A stretch of DNA of 64,000 nucleotides from Octopus vulgaris. Its lineage: Eukaryota. Below the pieces are notes generated by a model, which did not search any database, was not told where the DNA came from, and saw only the letters and a program-made list of their open reading frames with translations. Positions 1 to 14,507 of this stretch are shown in pieces; the stretch's first letter is position 1, and every line of letters begins with the position of its first letter. Made by a program: the position numbers and the translations under genes. The stretch lies in assembly GCA_951406725.2 (NCBI GenBank), contig OX597816.1, positions 54,250,001-54,314,000 of the forward strand, in the 5' to 3' direction.

Positions 1-3000
1 AGTATAAATGTACGTGGCTTGGGGTCGCCTTGGAAACAAGGCTACCTGTTAAATGACATCAAGTCACTAAATCTGAATATCATAGCCATCAGTGAGACCA
101 GACTCCACAGCTTGCGGGCACTCCAGCACATTTTCGGTACACATTTCAACATTTATTTTTCTCCGTGTCTACCGAGAATGGGCGGAGGTGGCACCGCGGT
201 GCTTATCCGGAAGAGTCTGGATCTCAAAGTAAGAGCAAATTTCCTAGACCCGGAGGGTAGGCTGGTCGTTTTGGATGTCGATGGCAGCAATGAGTGAGCT
301 TTTCGACTGATAGCAGTTTATGCTCCGTCCTTAACAGGCCGACCAGATTTCTTTCGACGTCTAGAGTCTTTCATGGGAACGTCTCGTCCTTTACTTTTAG
401 TGGGGGATTGGAATGCCACCCTGGACACGCATCTAGACTACGTGGGCAGAGATAGCAATAGAAGGGGATGCAAATGCCTCAAAGACCTGCTCAGACGTTT
501 CCAACTGTCTGACAGGTACCGACTGGACCACCCGAATGTGCCAATGTGGACATGGAGTAACCGCATCGGGTCGTCCAGATCATACTTAGATAGAGTATTC
601 TGTAGGACAATAGATAAAAATAGTGTAGGTTGTCCACAATTTCATATAGTCAGTTACACAGATCACAAGTTTGTGACTTGTACACTTGACTTAGATAAGA
701 CACATAGGCAGGGTCCTGGTTACTGGAAACTGAACGCGTCTTTTACAGCACGACAGGTTTACAGGGACCGGATCAGCACATTAGTTAAGAGAGCTTTGAC
801 AGGTACCATCATCAACAACAGATGGTGGTATGCCCTAAAAAAAGCGATTAAAGCAGAATCAGTCAGATACAGTAGAGCCCTAGCATTAGACCGAAATAGA
901 ATAGAGGGAGAATTAGTTAAGGTTTTAGAAGAAGCACTTAGAACTGGCATCGCGTCCAACGTGCTGGCGGCGAGATTGGCCCTCGACCAACACCTCAACG
1001 CCAAACACGAGGGATGCGTTGTCAGAGCTAGGATGCGTGCTCTGAGGAACGAAGGAGTTGGAGCCGCCCAAGAGGCCCGAGTGGTGGAGACGCAACGAGG
1101 CAACAGAGCCACCATCAAGTCTCTTATAGATGAACAGGGGCGCGAATTGCTCGAGCCTAAAAGGATGTGTGGGGTTTTTCAACAACACTTCACCCAACTG
1201 TTTGGGACAAGTGGTGAGTCAGAAAGCAGAGTGGACTTTAGTGCCTACCTGCATGCCTTGCCACGACTCTCAGCAAGGGAGGTGGAGTCTTGTGAAAAGC
1301 CTATCACAGCTGCGGACGTACAGGATGCGATGGTAGGCTGCGCGAGAGACAAGTCACCAGGCTTGGATGGTCTGCCCTACGAATTTTATTTTCATATGCC
1401 AGACTTGTTTGGAGGCGTCTTGGCAGCTGTCTACTGCAACTGGCAGCAGAACGGGAGTATTCCTGCTTTTGTAAAGCGAGGAGCAGTGGCACTGATCAAG
1501 AAAGACCCAAACAAGGGGGACATCATAGATAATTTCAGGCCCATCACTCTGCTCAACGCAGATTTGAAAATTTTGGCCAAGGTGTTAGCCGAGAGGTTGG
1601 CGCTTGTCATCAAGAAACTAATCGACAAGGCGCAAACATGCGCCGTGCCGGGTAGAAGTATTCATGACAACCTCCATCTGATGCGCTACATCATAGACAG
1701 GGTAGTTAAAAATCCTGGCATGGGTGGGGCGCTGATCAATTTGGATCAATCAAAAGCCTTCGATAGGGTAGACCATCACTACTTGGAGGCTGTCCTTAAA
1801 GCGGCTGGTTTCGGTCCAGTTTTCCGCGGTTGGATCGCTGCCTTATACAGCGGCATCCGCTCAGTAGTTCGCGTAAATGGTCATCTATCCAGACCTTTTA
1901 ACATCATGCGTTCGGTTCGTCAGGGATGCCCCCTCTCATCGCTGCTGTATGTACTTCTCTTGAGCCACTACTGCGGAAACTGGCGACGCTGAGGGGCATC
2001 CCACGAGAGCTGGGATGCGGGAGGAGCGTGTCTGCATACGCGGATGACGTCACCGTCATAGTGTCGAGCTACGAGCACATCGAGCTGGTCGGCGAGACAC
2101 TAAAAGAATACGAAGCGGTAACGGGAGCAAAAATTAACCGGGAAAAGTCAGTGGGCTTGCGGCTCGGCACCTGGAGAAGCAAGCCCATGCCGTCCAACAG
2201 CGTCTCCATCGTGGGACGCTGGACGGACGGACCGGTTAAATTGCTCGGGGTCTGGTTCGGTCCGGACCTCCAAATGGAGAAGAACTGGGGCGAGATAACG
2301 ACTAGGGTGGCTACTCTCACCCAGAAATGGGCTGAGAGAAAGCTATCCCTAAAAGGTCGGGCGGAGGTGGCGAACGCGTACATCGCATCCGTCATCGAGT
2401 ATCGTCTGACCGTCGTGCCTTGTCCCGACCCTACCATCACCAAACTGGAACGTATACTCTTTCGCTTCTTGTGGAAGGGAAACGTTCCGATGGTTAGGCG
2501 ATCCATTTGCTGCCAACACCCGCTAAATGGAGGGCTGGGCATGCCGTGGTTGATGATGCGCAGACATGCGCTGAGACTGCGACATCTCCGGCGCTTCATA
2601 GACAACGGTGAACAGGTGTGGTCGCCTTTTGTGCGGCGCGCTTTCCCGCAGCTCGTCTCCTTGGACGAACTACAGTCATGGATCAAGCAGAGACCGAGGC
2701 TAGGCGAATGGCACCGTGAGTGTCGCGTTGCTCTCAAGCAACTCTGCCGTCCGGGATCGAACTTGTGCGACTCCATCACAACAAAGGCATTCTATAGAGG
2801 ATTAGTGGAGGGGAGGTGCGACGACGAACTCGGGCAGAGTCTGGGCGTCGACGAGGAACACCTGACCCGCCTGTTCAGGACAACTTTCGGGCCGGGACCT
2901 ATGAACAATCACCAAAGATCCCTGGCCTGGCAGTGCTATCGAGAAGCATTACCTGTTCGGGATAAGCTCTACAGACACGGTTCCAGACACACTGGACCGA

Positions 3001-3422
3001 CTTGCCCGAGATGCGGTCAGAGCGACGAAACCGTTCTGCACGCACTCGTGCAATGTCCAACCATTTCCGACCTGTGGGCTTATGCCGAACGGCTGCTGTC
3101 ACGTGTGGGACTAATCCGCCTATCGGCCGAGTCTATCGTGAGAATTGCTCCGCCCCCTTCCCTCAACCGGGAAGGCAAGGCAGTTTTCATCGTACTGGTG
3201 GCCATGGTGAAAGAATGTGTGTGGTGGACTCGAGCGAAAGGATTAGAGACAAACACTTACCTCTCTGGCCAATCGCTCATCAACTTTTTCAAGTACCACT
3301 TGAAAAGGAAGGTGAGAATGGAGAGGGAAGTTTTGTCTCGCGAAAGATTCAAAAAAAGATGGGTGAATGTTGCAAAGATGGTGCGTGCTAGTAACGAAAC
3401 CATTTTGAGCATGATCCTGTAG
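1..3422 (+). pseudogene. LINE ORF2 (endonuclease-RT-zf-RVT) with one in-frame stop (295-297) and one frameshift (~1957)
   Basis: Frame 1 continues past TGA as AFRLIAVYAP. At ~1957, LYVL joins LEPLLRKL in another frame (a 1-nt deletion). ORFs 19-297, 373-1992 and 1926-3422 tile one protein. Confidence 0.9.
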
Positions 3423-3725
3423 ATCGTAAAAAAGAAAGAAAGAGAGCATTTTGATCTCATGTGGTTATTTCCTCCCTGACTGGGGTTCCCGTGGTCTTTT
3501 CTGTAGGCTTTTCTTCCCACGGATGAACCCAATCTTGTTATATCAATGTTTATATCATCATTTCTGTGATACGCGATTTCCTTTTTTTCCATTTTTTTCC
3601 TCCTCTCGATCCCTTTTGATCGCAATCTTACATTTATTTTCTTTTTTTCCACCATCGAAAAGAAAAGCTCTGCATTTGTATTTGTCCCCTCTGTATTCAG
3701 CCCTGTGTGGCTAATAAAAGAAAGT
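1..3725 (+). mobile_element. L1/Tx1-like non-LTR retrotransposon (ORF2 plus 3' UTR; 5' part lies outside the window)
   Basis: APE motifs SINVRG, AISET, VYAP, GDWNA, SYLDR, TDHK; RT motifs KSPGLDGLP, NFRPITLLNADLKILAK, LDQSKAFDRV, VRQGCPLS, AYADD; C-terminal CPRC...ETVLHALVQC zinc knuckle; pyrimidine-rich 3' UTR ending AATAAAAGAAAG, then (TATC)n. Confidence 0.95.
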
Positions 3726-4049
<324 letters not shown>

Positions 4050-4302
4050 GCATGACATGTATCTGCAATCTAGATATGATCTTGAATCGTTCATATCTAG
4101 CGTGTATCTTTGGTTTTGTGACGTAGCGGTTGCAGCTGCAGAAATCCCTACTCCACACCACATATTGTGAACCCTGATCAACCCTGGTGATGGTGGCGGC
4201 GTTGGTGACGAAGCAAGAAGGAACAAAGTGCATGAAGTGAATTAAACTTATCGCCATGTAAAATGGCGAAATATTGAACGATGAAATGAAATCGTAACAT
4301 AT

Positions 4303-4386
<84 letters not shown>

Positions 4387-6869
4387 AGTGAGAGAGAGAG
4401 AGAGAGAGAGATACTACTTGTACATTCACTGTTTTCTATATACATTTTGAGTTTAAATCCCGTCGAGTTCGACTACAAATAACAAAATATGATGCAAATA
4501 TCTTTGAAGAATTCTTTCCACTTATAATCAGTGCTCTTTTTTTCCTCAGCTCAAGTAGCATGGTTTCAGGTGACAATATCTCCTCACCTTCAAAATCAAT
4601 TGCTGAAAATTTTAACCACAGTTTTTCTAGTATTAAGGTCTTTAACATGGTCCAAACATAGTATTTTGTTGGAAGATTCCATAAGCAGTTTTCTTCTAAA
4701 GGTTATTACAAGACGGCTGACCTGACTAGCAAAAAGGTTCTGAGAGAATTTGATTACAAGAAGAATGTTCTGATTTGTAATTTCTAGGAAAGCAGTTTGT
4801 TTTCTTTAGCGAAACTCTGTGTGGCTCCTTAATCATTGACTCTCCACAGTGCGGAGCTCAAACTCATCGGCTTTCCTGACAGTTTTACTGCTTTTGGCTC
4901 AAGTCTTGACTCAAAATTGGTCACGAATATATTGAACGAATTCGTTCCCGAACAGATTTGCCTTTATTTTAAGAGGTGCAAGATTTCAATTGACTGTTAC
5001 TGCCCATCATCATCACCTACAACTCCAAGTTTCTGGTCAAACATTATCTCTGAAACAACAATTCAATATACTCGAAGTCACATTCAGCACGTTGTAAAAA
5101 ACTGACAGGTGGTGTACGCCATTTAAAAATCATTGGCTGGAATTACAGGGGAAATCCTCCTTTGTAACAACCTACAGAGGCCTTGCTCTGGCCCCAAAAT
5201 AATAAATAAATAAAGTCGATTATGTATGCTCAGTTTCGAAGCTTTTTGTATCAGACATAGGAAATACCAGTTGAAAGGTGTCTACAAAACGACGGTTGGA
5301 GACAAAGTACCTTATGAAACAAAACTATTGAAAGCACAACCGCAGTTTTAATATTAGGTTTTACAATTTGTAAATCAATTCTACAGCAAAGGTCACGCAC
5401 ATCACCCATTATCTTCAAGTCCTAAAAATAGCAGAAAAATTAAGACTCTCTGCTCATTAATTTTAGCAAAAACTCGCACAACTTAGAAATTGGTTGGCTT
5501 AGCAAAGTTAAAAATTTGCAAGAAAAGAAAGAAAAAAATCGTTACTGTTTGGCTGTTGAGGACGTAACTTTGGTATGGGGGTTGAAAAGTTGTTACCATC
5601 TTGAAATACACCAAGGAAGCTACCCACCACCATACCAACTCATTATCAATAAAAAAGAAAATTATCAACTAAAGGAAAAGATGCTCACTTGCACAGTGGT
5701 ACCCTCTTTCTGTTTTGGTCCCTACTGAACGACAATCACAGTTGAACAGATACCGATATCAGCATCTTATGTCCAGATTACAATGTCATTCATCCTAAGG
5801 CCCCACATCTCTTCCAGTGGATACTACTTCTACTGATGGAAGTATTTTGGACTCACGGGGCAGCCTCGGGAATTTGGCAGAATGGCTTCAACTAGAATCA
5901 CATGGTAATCATCACAACAATGATAAGCACCACAACAAATTAAGTACCAAATATATTCACGAGTTGATTCAATAAATTTTATCCTCATCTCTTTTACGAG
6001 ATATCATTATCTTCGGAATAAATCAGGTATGAGATATCCCTTTTAAGTACCGCTACGTGGGTCGTCTAGTGCAAGGTATGGTGGCAAACCCTTGGCTTCG
6101 GGATAATTCCCTCCAGCAGAAGATGCCCATTTCATTGAACGTCTCCTATCGATCACTGAAATTCTAAGCCAAGGGTACTACTTCTCCTTCAAGAAGTTCA
6201 GTTGGAACAAAGATTTGGAGATTTCGTGAATGATTCTTTATTTAGATATTTCGGTTTGTGTGAATGTGTCGAACATGTAAAGGATCAAACATTGACGTTT
6301 GTCAGGTATTAATGTCTACTGTAAACATGTGAGACAACGTAATAATAGGGGAAGGTAGAGCAGGAGAGTGTATATACATGGGGGACAGTGCTGTATATAT
6401 GTGTGTTGAAGTGTATGTGCATCTGTGAGTATTTATGTGTATGTGTGTGTTCAAATATGTTCGAAATTGTCGCTGCTCAAAACTATAAAGAAAAGTCTCA
6501 ATTTCACAACATCCCATTCGTTATCATTATTTAACATTTTAGATCAACTTCTCAAACCGGAAGTTATGCAATATCAACAATAATCTCGCTGGTTAGGTCG
6601 CGTTCATTTGATGTTAGATCTGTGACACAAAACATTCATTTTATACAAAATACATTAACGCTTATTAAAACAGGCAATCTCCCCACTCTCTCCCTATGAT
6701 CTCAAAGCAATGTAAGCAAAATATTTTGCTGAAGAACTTAACGCACCGCTCGATCCAGGAATAGATGTGTCCAACACGAACATTTGGTAACTAGAAGCAA
6801 ATCATCGATACAGGTTGTTCAGCAAGAAATTACGGAATCGCCCTCCTCGGCCTCGAGAAGCTACCAACA

Positions 6870-7337
6870 ATACTTACATATTTACATACATGCATACCTA
6901 CCTACCTACCAACCAACCTACCTACCTACCTACCTACCTACCTACCTACCTACCTACATAATACATACATACATACCTACCGACCGACCGACCGTCCAAC
7001 CGACTGACCTACCTACCTACCTACCTACTTACTTACTTACTTACCTACCTACCTACCTACCTACCTACCTACCTACCTACCTACCTACCTACCTACCTAC
7101 CTACCTACCTACCTACCTACCTACCTGCCTGCCTACCTACCTACCTACCTACCTACCTACCTACCTACCTACCTACCTACCTACTTACCTACCTACATAC
7201 CTACCTACCTACCTACCTACCTACCTACCTACTTACTTACCTACTTACATAACTACCTACCTACCTACATACATACATACCTACATACATTCACGCATAC
7301 ATACATACATACATACATCATACATACATACATACAC
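6870..7337. repeat. (TACC)n/(TACA)n compound microsatellite
   Basis: Direct reading. Confidence 0.95.
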
Positions 7338-7520
7338 GCGTGTATATATGAAAAAATGGATTTAAAAAATCGTGGTGAATACTTTATAAACAGTCTGTAG
7401 GAACAAACTTGAGGATCTAAACTATCCCAATGGAAGCTATATGTAATCCACATTGGCTGTAAAATTACTTTCCGCTTCCTGTCCAGCTTGTAAATCCAAA
7501 GTTCAAACTGTGAATAGATT

Positions 7521-7877
7521 CAGTATAAAGTCACAGAGTATAGAAGAAAATCGCAAAAGAATGGAGAATTATACATTATTTAATTCGCTTACATGCGTTT
7601 CGGATAGAATGGCATTTCAAAATTCTCTCATGCAGAAATTATGCATATTAACCAATCCCATATTTGATTGACTAAGTTTCTATAAAGACAGGGAAATTTA
7701 ATACCGTGCTTTCCTTAAGAATCTTAGTCGATCAAATATGGGACCGGTTAATATGCATGATTTCTGCATCACAGAATTTTGAAACGCCACGCCATCCGAA
7801 ATGCGTGTGAACGAATCAAAGACTGAACAATCCTCCATTGTTTGTGTTTTTCTTCAATATTCTGTGAATTTATTCTG
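7521..7877. mobile_element. Old fold-back element / MITE (imperfect ~165-bp inverted arms)
   Basis: CAGTATAAAGTCACAGAGTATAGAAGAAAA at 7521 mirrors TTTTTCTTCAATATTCTGTGAATTTATTCTG ending 7877; internal TTTCAAAATTCT..ATGCAGAAATTATGCATATTAACC..TCCCATATTTGAT mirrors 7720-7785. Confidence 0.75.
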
Positions 7878-7892
7878 CACACACACACACAC

Positions 7893-7923
<31 letters not shown>

Positions 7924-8059
7924 GAGAAATACACTCACACACACACACAGAAATACACTCACACACACACACGCACTTTCTGTAAAAGGTAAGCATGTAT
8001 ATTAAGCTTCAAACAAAATACTTATAAAACCCCATATGACATTAAAATACACGTACGTA

Positions 8060-8124
<65 letters not shown>

Positions 8125-8502
8125 ATACATACAAATACACATCCCATATAAATACATTATGCATAAATCATTTTATTCTCACATACAAAAAAAAAATAAA
8201 CTCATTTCTATATCTCTCTATGTTATTGACGACAACAGTTCTACGAAATTGTCACATTTCTTTATTAAAAATTCTTCAGAATTTCTTCCACTTGAATCGT
8301 GCATTAAATTTATAAGTTGATTTTACTGACACAATAGATGTTGTTTTAATAAAAAGAAAATACCATTTAATCTTGTTAAACATTTTTCATTTCATAAACA
8401 TTATCGACAACCTGTTGGAAAGAGCTTTTCTAAAAAGTTAACGTTGAAGAATCAATCAATGGAATATGTGCTTGAACTGGCGGTAAAAGGTGGAGGGGGT
8501 AG

Positions 8503-8539
<37 letters not shown>

Positions 8540-9036
8540 CGTGTGCTTGGACAAGCAATGTTGACAGATCGTTCATGTTATAGGATTGAAGTAAAGGAGC
8601 ATCGACAGAAGAAGCCGATAATTGAAAAATCGATCTGTAGACAGGTATTTCAACATCCTTCAGTTTGATTACAATCTCTTAAGGTATAGACTAATATTTC
8701 AGGAAATGTTTTAAGACAATCGAGTTAAGAAACTAAACCAAAATAAACCAAAGAATAATTAACGTAGAACTTTTGTAAAAAAATGAATATTGCAGTGAAA
8801 AGAGCTAATCTTTATAAAACGGCCTCTAAAACAATATATAGATTCTATAGATACTCTCTAAAGCCATGCATTTTAGTATAACCAGTGTACAAGCATTGTG
8901 GCACCAGGTATTAAGAAATAGGAAGAGTTAAATTGGACAATGGTAGAGACGAAAGATTTGAAAAGAAAAGTTCAGTAGTTTTGGTTCGAAAAGAGAATGA
9001 AAAATAATCGGTTAATAAAAGGCATATAAACGAAGA

Positions 9037-9470
9037 CCAGCGGGACCCGTGAATATTTCACGGAATTAATGGTAAACCTATTAGGTTATTTCTGAAAACC
9101 TTATCCAAAAAATCCCCTCTCTCCCTCCTGTGCACCATATCCTCTTTTTCTCTCTTCTTTTTCTTTCTCCTCTGTTTCCCTTCAACTAATCATGTGAAAG
9201 TGTTACAACTACATTCCCTCTACCTCACGTCATGGACGCGTCTCTCTTCCTCTTTTTCTCCATCCAACTTTTTCTCTCCCCTCTTTATATTTCTCCTTCT
9301 TTTTATCTAATCACGTTAAAGCGTTACCAACGGGCTAAGTAACACAATGACAAGCAGAATTATTTATAAGGTTTGGAGAGAAGCTAGAGAGAGGAATGAA
9401 GCAAGAGAGAGAGAGAGAGAGGGAGAGAGAGAGAGAGTGAGAGTGTAACAATAACAATAGGACAAAATAC
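9037..9470 (-). mobile_element. Possible non-autonomous Helitron-like element (3' end at 9037)
   Basis: Minus strand reads hairpin CCGTGAA-ATA-TTCACGG, 6 nt, then CTGG|T (CTRR end); internal repeat CTAATCAYGTKAAAGYGTTAC at ~9187 and ~9307; the other boundary is uncertain. Confidence 0.4.
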
Positions 9471-9569
9471 GAGTTTAAATAATTGTCAAATGCTTGTCAA
9501 TATAGAAGGTTGTAAAATGACGATGATGATGATGATGATGATGATAATGATGATGGTGGTGGTAATTGT

Positions 9570-10180
9570 CGATAAACAAAAGATTAGAGAAAGAATACCT
9601 TAAAATAAGACTGGCGACTGTGTGATGAAGCAAACTTTGAGAGACCCGAGCCATAGTAGGAGCAGCAGCCAAAGAGGGTATTGGAAAACGAACATTATAA
9701 AATCGCTCGGGATCTTAATATACAATGTGACCAGATGAAAGAGCCGAGACGACCAGAGACTGTGTTCATCGATAAAGATGAGGTGAAGAGGTTCAGATCA
9801 TGGATGTTGTGATACCAGGTGATTCGAAGTTAAAAGATAAAGAACAAGAAAATATGGAGAAATGCCAGCAAATGAGGGGTGTGATAGGAAGGCTTTGGGG
9901 TACGAAGAAAATGATTGTGATATGGGTAGTAACTGAAGCATTAGGAGTGGCCTCTTAGAGGTTTGGAAAGATTATGGAGAATATTGGAAGTACAATCAGG
10001 CTTGAAGTGATCCAGAAAACAGCTTTGTTGGGTACATCTCGTATTCTAAAGAAAGTCTTGTCTCTCTGAGACGCAGGAGAAGACTCTTGCTTAAAACTTT
10101 TGGGAATTTGCTATTACCTGCTTTCAAGGAAAGAAAAATCAGGAATTAAGATTTTATCGAGTGCCAGAGGATAAAGACAA
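9570..10180 (+). mobile_element. R4/Dong-like retrotransposon 3' fragment (restriction-like endonuclease domain)
   Basis: Translates as VLENEHYKI..IQCD...RRPE..IMDVVIPGD..KE.E..EK..LWG..VIQKTALLGTSRILKKVLSL*; (GAT)n on both sides. Confidence 0.85.
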
Positions 10181-10184
10181 CAAC

Positions 10185-10237
<53 letters not shown>

Positions 10238-13092
10238 CGACGACGACGATGATGATTACGATAGTCATCGGACATCTCATACATTCATCCATCGTTTTTA
10301 CTCCACTCAGTGTGTGCAGCTATTTCTCTAATTTCATTTAATTTTTATCGCTTGATCTTTGGGACCCATGACCGGACAACGATCTACCAAGCCACATCAA
10401 ACATACATACACTTCTCCTTTTTACTCAGCTGTCTTTTGGTCAAAATGTATCTACATCACAAACTAACCTCAATATCCAATATCGTCATTAATCGTTGAA
10501 ATGGTTTTAATCCTAATTGATTTTTAAACTTTATGACAATAATTCCATCTGAAATGCGATAAATAATATTCGGGAGAAAGACAAACTGAAAAACCAAAAC
10601 CCCAACCAAAATAAAATAAAAACGTTATCTATATTCTCAGGAACTGGTATTCGGAAGTTTTGCAGTATGACCTGTTGGCATGAAGGCATTACGAAGCCAA
10701 CACTAGAATCCTTCCAAACTGTGAAGCAATAATGAGACATGTGTATTTATAAAGTGAAACAACTCTTGCGATTATATTGAAGTTGAAAATAGACAGGGTT
10801 GCTGGGAGATTATTGTAACACAATGTGTGGATAGGATGTGTAAAACATTCTAAAAATTGTTCAAAAGAGAAAAAAAGGTTGTATTTTTTAGAAACAGCTG
10901 ATTAGAAAGACCTATTCAATAATTAAAGGGTGACAGTTGTTGAGGCATCACTTGCATAATTAACAAGTTTTAATGAAATTTATGATGATCTCATTAAATG
11001 ATCAATAATAAGTTTTCACCTTGGAATCGATACTGAAACCAATAAATCATTGACTTCATCAGAAACTGAAGTACATTTAGTCCATTGGCTCTGAGCTTAT
11101 TACTCTGATAATCATTTTCACGTCTTATTTGACAACTGTTGTAAATGTCAGCACACACACACACATACGCACGCACGCACACACACGCACACACGCACAC
11201 ACACACACACACACACGCAATGTAATGTGGGAGAGACTATAGAATATAATGGTAGTCAAAGTCTTGCAGCATTTGGAAATCCCATGGAGCCAGTATTAAC
11301 GACTGTTACGATTGAAGAATATTGTTAATGGAATTATTTTGGTAGAAATTAAGTCGCTACTTTCTTTGTGAAATATCAATTACCAATTTTGTTGGACGAT
11401 TTTCTTTGCGTCTGATTGCTTCTAAGATTCTTAACACGATGTGTCCAAAAATAAAATTTAAGCTAAAAAATGGTTTATATTTCCTGGAGATGTAAAAACA
11501 ACAGAAGTAAATTTCTATTTCTCAGGACTAAATTCTTTGATTACAAAGGCAGTCATTCCTGTTTAGAGCGAATCCGTAACCGAGTACACGAATCATTAGC
11601 TCTACAACAAAGTTTAAGGATATCTATATGGCACCTTAAAATGAGGCAAAAGATCGGTAATTCCTGTAAAGTATAGCCTGACCGAAGCCAGGAAGACATA
11701 ACCTTTTAGCAACACAGTAAACAGCGTCCCCTGTCACCATCACGACAACTGAAACCAGTCATCACTTAGATATCTGGTCGTCCTCAAAGTCTCTTTAAGT
11801 GCTCATTTGGAAGAACTGTCTTCACCAAATTTCCAAAAATAACTTGCATCTAATTGATTTATTAATTTGGATTGAAACAGAGAAAAGATATAAAGAAAAA
11901 GAAAAAGCTTTTGATTCAATGTTAAAAGTCGAGATTTTAGAAGCGAGTTGTGAGTTGTGACAATAACTTCTTGATTCGAATCGTACAACTTCCGATGATT
12001 TGCTGTAAAGAATATTTGGATATGTGTCCACGTGGTGACAGTGTCTGCGATTACTTGTGGAACATTTCATTGATTCTATTACAAAAAATAAAACAAATGT
12101 ACGTTTTGATGATATTCAAAGCTTAAGCAACCAGTTCTGCTACACAGGGGCAGAGTAGTCAGAAAAGATTAAAAACTAATCTGGAAAATCGACGTTTGAA
12201 AGCAAATAATCTCTGAAGAAAACCTCAGAATATTGCGAAAGATAGAAAAGCAAAAAGGATTATTTGCTTAAGCTCATTTTTATTTTTTGTTCTTGAGTAT
12301 TGGGCAGAAAAGAAGATAAGATGATTTTACTAAGATGGATATCAGATGAAGAACAAGGGATGTCATTATAGAAAACGGTGCCATAAATGGTGTTGTTGAC
12401 CACAGTAGACTTCCACCGCAAAATTGCAAATGACTCGGTAATCCTTCGAAATTATGGTTTAATTCACGTTGACACATATTAGTCAAACGTAACAATTTAT
12501 TGATTAACAGCGACTGAACAGACAAGAAACACACGAATTAATATGAGAACTTAGAAAATATAATGTCTCTATATTGACCTCTCCTAAACAACAGCAAATT
12601 GAATTGTTATGTAAAACTAGAATTTCGATTGGAAGTGTAGGCAAAGGAAATCTCTGTTGGAAACGAGAGAAAGCTTTCAGTACAGTGGAATATAGTAAAG
12701 ATATTGATAAAGTTTGGTGTTGTGGCCAACACCGAGGAAAGATATTGACAGCAGTAAAAATATATATTGTTTTAATAAAGTTTAGGACGCTACATACAAC
12801 ATCGTGAAATTTAATGGTTTTAGTTTCATTGTCTTTTCACTTCCACTGGGTTTGTAGAGAAGAACTGTCAGAGTTTGGTTTAATATTAGTTCTATATTAT
12901 GACAGCGTTATCAATAAACATTAAACGACACGCATTGTTAAGGGAGATACTAGTAAACCATTGTAGCTTATTTACAGGCGGCGTTTTCATGGCAAATTCT
13001 GGAATTCCTAACAATTCCACTGAACCTTTGCTTTCGTTTCTACACTGAAGTTGATCAGGAAGTCACCACACCTTCTCTCTCTCTCTCTCTTT

Positions 13093-13154
<62 letters not shown>

Positions 13155-13295
13155 GCATGTATTTGAAGTAATGAGCTGATCAGAAAATAAATGAGAGTTA
13201 TACTCTCACAGAATGTTAATCAACAATTCCGAGAAAAAACAACAGAACAAAAAAAAAAAAAAACCGAACTATTAAAGTTGTAGCGCTTTGTCTAT

Positions 13296-13296
13296 G

Positions 13297-13351
<55 letters not shown>

Positions 13352-14120
13352 TAATAATAATAATAATAATGATAATAACAATAATAATAATAATAATAAT
13401 AATGATGATAATGATGATGATGATGATGATGATGATAATAACAACAATAACAAGATACAGTGAGTTTCGACATTCGGCAAGAAATAGAAACAAATTGAAA
13501 GATGATGATAATGATGATGATGCTGAGATCGACGATGATGACAATAATAGGAACAACAAGAGTATAATAATAAGGGGCTGGAATTAATAGAATTAACACA
13601 AGAAATTGTTGTGAAGACAGAAGAGGGAAGGCTGAAATATAAGATCAGTTAATATACGGGGAAACTACTTCAACAATTATAGGTTCCACCCGTTTGTTAG
13701 GCAAATTGATTTTTTTCTCTCTCCCTCTTCCATCCGTCCATCCATCCATCCATCCATCCATCCATCCATCCATCCATCCATCCATCCATCCATCCACCCA
13801 TCCATCCATACGTTCGTGCGTGCTTACATACTTACATACATAATACATACATAATACATACATACATACATACATACATACATACATACATGCATACATG
13901 CATGCATACATACATACAGACATATATATATATATATATATATATACATTGATACATACATGCATGCATGCATACATACATGCATGCATACATACATGCA
14001 TGCATACATACAGACATACATATATACATAGATACATACATGCATGCATGCATACATACATGCATGCATACATACAGACATACATATATACATAGATACA
14101 TACATGCATGCATGCATACA
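13296..14120. repeat. Cluster of (AAT/GAT)n, (CCAT)n and (TACA/TGCA)n microsatellites
   Basis: Direct reading. Confidence 0.9.
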
Positions 14121-14425
14121 TGTTAATGCTTGTTTTTATGTTGAGTGATAATAAAAACAATTTTACATTAATCTGCTGGGTTACTCTTGTAGAGAACAAA
14201 TTTATTATTCCTAAACATGAATATTTTTGACAGTGACTTCGAAGTTACGGTCAGCAAAGCCATTGTATGCAGTCTAACGATAGCTTAGCCGACTGAAACT
14301 TCGAAGTCATTATGAATAATATTCTTGTTTAAGAATAATATTTAAGAACACACACACAACAACACACACACAGACACGCACGCACACACAGACATAGACA
14401 CACATACACACACATACACACACAT

Positions 14426-14507
<82 letters not shown>

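Noticed and set aside
759-2779. Antisense ORFs (119 aa, 236 aa) within the LINE
   Set aside because: Expected shadows of a GC-richer coding strand
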